Shown piece after piece: positions 60,808 through 64,000 of a stretch of 64,000 bases of DNA. The position numbers were made by a program, and so were the translations under genes. The notes under the pieces are model-generated. The model searched no databases, was not told the origin of the DNA, and saw nothing but the letters and a program-made list of their open reading frames with translations. Numbering within the stretch: position 1 is the first letter of the stretch; every line of letters begins with the position of its first letter. Source of the stretch: Candidatus Thorarchaeota archaeon (lineage in GTDB: Archaea; Asgardarchaeota; Thorarchaeia; Thorarchaeales; Thorarchaeaceae); assembly GCA_046482545.1 (NCBI GenBank), contig JAWOEX010000028.1, positions 192,001-256,000 on the forward strand, written 5' to 3'.

Positions 60808-62412
60808 TCACACAGATTTCACAATCTCGCCGAACATTTCGGCTTCTTCCGAGGTAAGAACTCTTCCCTTAGTTGATTCAACCAGTTGTGTTGCTGTCTT
60901 TTCGGTGAATCTCAATGTAGTCAATAATTCGCCCAGATCTTCACGCATCGCTTCGAACTTGGCGCCCCCTGTTTCTTCAGGAACCGCAACAACACCATAA
61001 TCCGCTTCATCCGACTCGAGAATCTCCTTTACCCGTTTGACAGAATAGTATCCCGCTACACCACCGCTTCGGTTCCAGTCCTTAACATTGGCTACATCGA
61101 TGCAAATTTTGCTCGATTCATCGTTCTTCTTGACCTTGACAATTGCGGTTGCCTCGCGAGACGTTCCACCCTTTGCCATATGGAGCTGTACTTCTCCACC
61201 AGTCTCCTCAGCTGCAAGCTTCAATGCCTCGACAATGGCGTTGATTACTACAGAAGCGGTCAATTTGATTACATAATCTGCTTGCGGCTCTGGCTCCTCT
61301 TCAATGTCAAATAGAATCGAGTCAAGTCGAGGAATAATGAACTTTATTGCTTCCCTAGGAACTCCTTCGGAGTGATTGAAAGATTCTTCTATATCGTCCG
61401 GATCCAGCGGAAATATTGGATTGGGGGGAGGATCAATATTTTTCTCATTCCAATACTGCTTCATTGACTTTTCGACAAAAGAAGTTAGGTCATCTTTGGT
61501 GAATGGTCGAAGATTGACGGTTTCCTCCATACGGGATTGCATAGGCGCGTCCGCAATCTCATAAATACGATCCCAAACCTCCGTCAAACAAGAAGCCACC
61601 AGAACCACGTTCTTGCCTTCGTTATAGATACGCTTGAGAATCTCCAAGAATCGTCTCTCGGCTTCCTCACCATGCGTATTGTAGAGGCCTTCCGTTTCAT
61701 CAATGAAGAATACAATGGTTCGCTCGGAGCCCTCCATAAGCAGATTGAGGGTGGCGACAGTTACATCGTCTTCTTCCAGAACCGTGCGTACGCCGAGTTC
61801 CTCAAGTTCTTCATCACCGACTGCATCGCCAAACAGCCATCTTCTTGCCAAATCGCGATGACCAGGGTCGAGTCTGTACCGCATTAGTGTCTTAACAACA
61901 TCAGCTGAGATCCCGGGGTAACGGGCCAACAAGCGCTCCATGGCATAGTCGAAATCGTACTGTTCGTGGGTGACTCCCCGCACACCGCCAAATTTTGATA
62001 TCAACATATCTACAGTTTCATCGAAAATGCGCTCGCCAGCTTCATCCACAAGACACGCATGTAAATGAAGGGGTATCCTGACTGGTGCAGGTGGAGAAGG
62101 AACATAAACTGCGAGGAATTCTTTTCCCGCGAAAATACTTTCTTTATCCTTCAGCGACCAGAAGAGATGGGTTTTTCCCATCCCGGCCTCTCCTAAAATG
62201 GGTTGGAACCTTGCTGTGTTGTCCTTTATTGTGAAGCGAATGCATCGCAGAATGGCTCGATCTGCTGCTTTGTGGGGGCCAGCAATATCCACTGAATCTG
62301 GTGTGTCTCCCCGCGATACGTACCGCTTCATCGGTGGGTCGTCACGCAGTATCTCCATGTACATTTCTTCGTCAAAAGATTCGGTTTCGTTTTCTAATTC
62401 GTCCTGCGGCAA
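60808..62412 (-). CDS. P-loop (AAA+/STAND-like) ATPase with an extra C-terminal alpha/beta domain
   Basis: Walker A GEAGMGKT, Walker B VFFIDE, QSRM, GVPRE sensor-like motif. Confidence 0.75.
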   Translation of the reverse strand: MPQDELENETESFDEEMYMEILRDDPPMKRYVSRGDTPDSVDIAGPHKAADRAILRCIRFTIKDNTARFQPILGEAGMGKTHLFWSLKDKESIFAGKEFLAVYVPSPPAPVRIPLHLHACLVDEAGERIFDETVDMLISKFGGVRGVTHEQYDFDYAMERLLARYPGISADVVKTLMRYRLDPGHRDLARRWLFGDAVGDEELEELGVRTVLEEDDVTVATLNLLMEGSERTIVFFIDETEGLYNTHGEEAERRFLEILKRIYNEGKNVVLVASCLTEVWDRIYEIADAPMQSRMEETVNLRPFTKDDLTSFVEKSMKQYWNEKNIDPPPNPIFPLDPDDIEESFNHSEGVPREAIKFIIPRLDSILFDIEEEPEPQADYVIKLTASVVINAIVEALKLAAEETGGEVQLHMAKGGTSREATAIVKVKKNDESSKICIDVANVKDWNRSGGVAGYYSVKRVKEILESDEADYGVVAVPEETGGAKFEAMREDLGELLTTLRFTEKTATQLVESTKGRVLTSEEAEMFGEIVKSV

Positions 62413-62555
62413 TGTATATCGCTCCCCATCGTGCAGTTCAAAGTATGGAATTATCAGTTATCAATGTATTGTGAAATGTTCGGTCAAAGGCCGCAGGCCA
62501 AGGATTTATGAGAAAGTCTAGCGAAGCCTGTTGTACATGTTGAGAGGATGGCTCA

Positions 62556-63851
62556 ATGGTCGAGGAGGAATGCGATGACGGCCTTGTCGATACTGGAACA
62601 GCCAAGGTTGCACGCTTTTCCCTTTTGTCAGCTATCTCTCGGCTTGGGCGTTCTTTTAGGGGCATCGCCCTTCCCCTGTTTGTCGTCTTCAGTGGATTCG
62701 AAGAAGCCTTCTACGGTATTATAGTAGCGGCTGCAGGTTATGCACAAGCAGTCTTCCTATTTCCTGCGGGACACCTTAGCGATAAGAAGGGTCGAGGTGT
62801 TTCCATCTTACTTGGCGGGCTCATCAGTGGAACCGCCTTGTTTCTATTACCGTTTTTCAGCAGCAGAAACATGATGCTCATTCTATATGGCATCACCGGC
62901 ATAGGCTCTGGTTTTATGAGAACATCCGTTAGTACACTCTTAGCAGACTACACCGAGCGGGGCGAGGAGCGCACGCAATCCTACGGTTATACAACAACCA
63001 TCGCAATACTGACAGGGGTCGTAGGTTCATTCGTCGCAGGCTTGATTCTCGACACTCAGTTCTTTCAATGGATTGACGCAGAAACATTCCGATACGTCAT
63101 CGTATTCGCAATAATGGGCATTTTCAGATTTGCTACAGGTATCACAGGATTCATGACAGAGCGCTGGCTGCAAAATCATGAGGAAATAGAAATCTCTGAA
63201 CCCACTGAACTTGATAATCCCTTGCCTGATTCGGCCGAAAATGATGCTAAAACCGCAACTCTGTTTGGAATTGGGCGAATCATGATGGGTTTCAGTTCCG
63301 GATTGGTTGTACCGTATCTTATTCTGTGGATTGACACAGCGTTCACTCCGGCCCCATCACTGTTAGGTAGCATCAAGTCATTATCTAGCTTAACCCTGGC
63401 AACAGGAACGCTAGCTGTAGGGCTTACCGGTGAAAAAGTAGGCAAGCTGAAAATGATAACATTTCTATACATCCTTGCACCGATTCTCATGTTTGGAATG
63501 GTAAATTCGTCCATCCTTCTTCTGTGCACTGTTTTCTACATTTCCAGAATGGCGGTGGCCAATATGGCCAGACCCGCTAGGAGCTCATTGTTGATGGAAC
63601 AGCTCTCCGCTCAGAGACGCGGAAAGAGTTTGGCCGTTACCTCAATTATGTGGAGTGTCCCTCGTCAAACCGGCACGCTCCTAGGAGCACTTGTTATGGG
63701 GCTCTTCGGTGGTATCGTAACCTTCGGCAGATTGTTCTTTCCCATCGCATTAGTGCTGTACCCACTATCCGTTATTCCAGCCTACATCGCTGTCCGAAGA
63801 AATGAGCGAATACGTCAGACGCATCAGCTGAACAGCGAAGATGTCACCTAA
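62556..63851 (+). CDS. MFS transporter
   Basis: GHLSDKKGRG motif A; about 12 TMs. Confidence 0.9.
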   Translation: MVEEECDDGLVDTGTAKVARFSLLSAISRLGRSFRGIALPLFVVFSGFEEAFYGIIVAAAGYAQAVFLFPAGHLSDKKGRGVSILLGGLISGTALFLLPFFSSRNMMLILYGITGIGSGFMRTSVSTLLADYTERGEERTQSYGYTTTIAILTGVVGSFVAGLILDTQFFQWIDAETFRYVIVFAIMGIFRFATGITGFMTERWLQNHEEIEISEPTELDNPLPDSAENDAKTATLFGIGRIMMGFSSGLVVPYLILWIDTAFTPAPSLLGSIKSLSSLTLATGTLAVGLTGEKVGKLKMITFLYILAPILMFGMVNSSILLLCTVFYISRMAVANMARPARSSLLMEQLSAQRRGKSLAVTSIMWSVPRQTGTLLGALVMGLFGGIVTFGRLFFPIALVLYPLSVIPAYIAVRRNERIRQTHQLNSEDVT

Positions 63852-63853
63852 CC

Positions 63854-64000
63854 TCAAGTCCCGCCGCCTACTGGTGGAAAAATAACTACTAAGTCACCAT
63901 CTTCAAGTTCGTAATCGAGACTATTGATATGGTTTCCATTAACCATCACAATGCGGGTCTTTTCTTCAGAAAAGCCGATTTTATGAATCAATTCTCGGAC
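63854..64000 (-). CDS. MoaD/ThiS/SAMP-like beta-grasp protein, 3' part (start beyond the window)
   Basis: Manual translation VRELIHKIGFSEEKTRIVMVNGNHINSLDYELEDGDLVVIFPPVGGGT*; TGA at 63856-63854. Confidence 0.85.
   Translation of the reverse strand, partial: VRELIHKIGFSEEKTRIVMVNGNHINSLDYELEDGDLVVIFPPVGGGT

Noticed and set aside
188-63529. Numerous 60-180-aa ORFs antisense to, or nested in, long genes in the ORF track
   Set aside because: They are shadow frames of well-supported genes with Ser/Arg-rich, motif-free translations.

Overview
Archaeal chromosomal window, most likely an Asgard archaeon (Thorarchaeia-like). The archaeal assignment rests on RadA/FEN1/XPD/Hel308 families, a Sec11-type signal peptidase and TrmB domains. 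The Thorarchaeia call is a looser inference from the style of the LRR, FtsX and surface proteins. The flanks hold ordinary genes: VapBC and MntA-HepT toxin-antitoxin pairs, NIF3, GNATs, a DPS-like ferritin, aspA, ggt, MBL-rhodanese, signal peptidase, an MFS transporter and several frameshifted remnants. The centre (about 13.2-46.6 kb) looks like one coordinated, apparently undescribed system with four parts. (1) A 15-gene, translationally coupled minus-strand operon (37803->22422) interleaves a divergent full-length RadA, two RadB/Rad51-paralogue-like ATPases, XPD, a SWIM-finger Hel308 and a FEN1/XPG nuclease with four membrane proteins, one of them a membrane-anchored, catalytically degenerate HerA/VirB4(CedB)-like protein. 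(2) An inactivated membrane metallopeptidase is coupled to a 2597-aa surface protein. (3) A bipartite element (minus strand ACCGGGAAAAATCGGCAAAGC-N61-AATATGGTGGAGC) occurs in three copies with identical boxes and spacing, each with core-promoter geometry and each upstream of a minus-strand unit. (4) Two convergent Lrp/AsnC-like multi-domain proteins flank a 10-codon ORF (MIPDWPDVPW) that has its own SD and terminator. Working hypothesis (inference): a specially regulated DNA-exchange and homologous-recombination (competence/mating-like) regulon, possibly peptide-controlled. No rRNA, tRNA, CRISPR array or integrase was seen.
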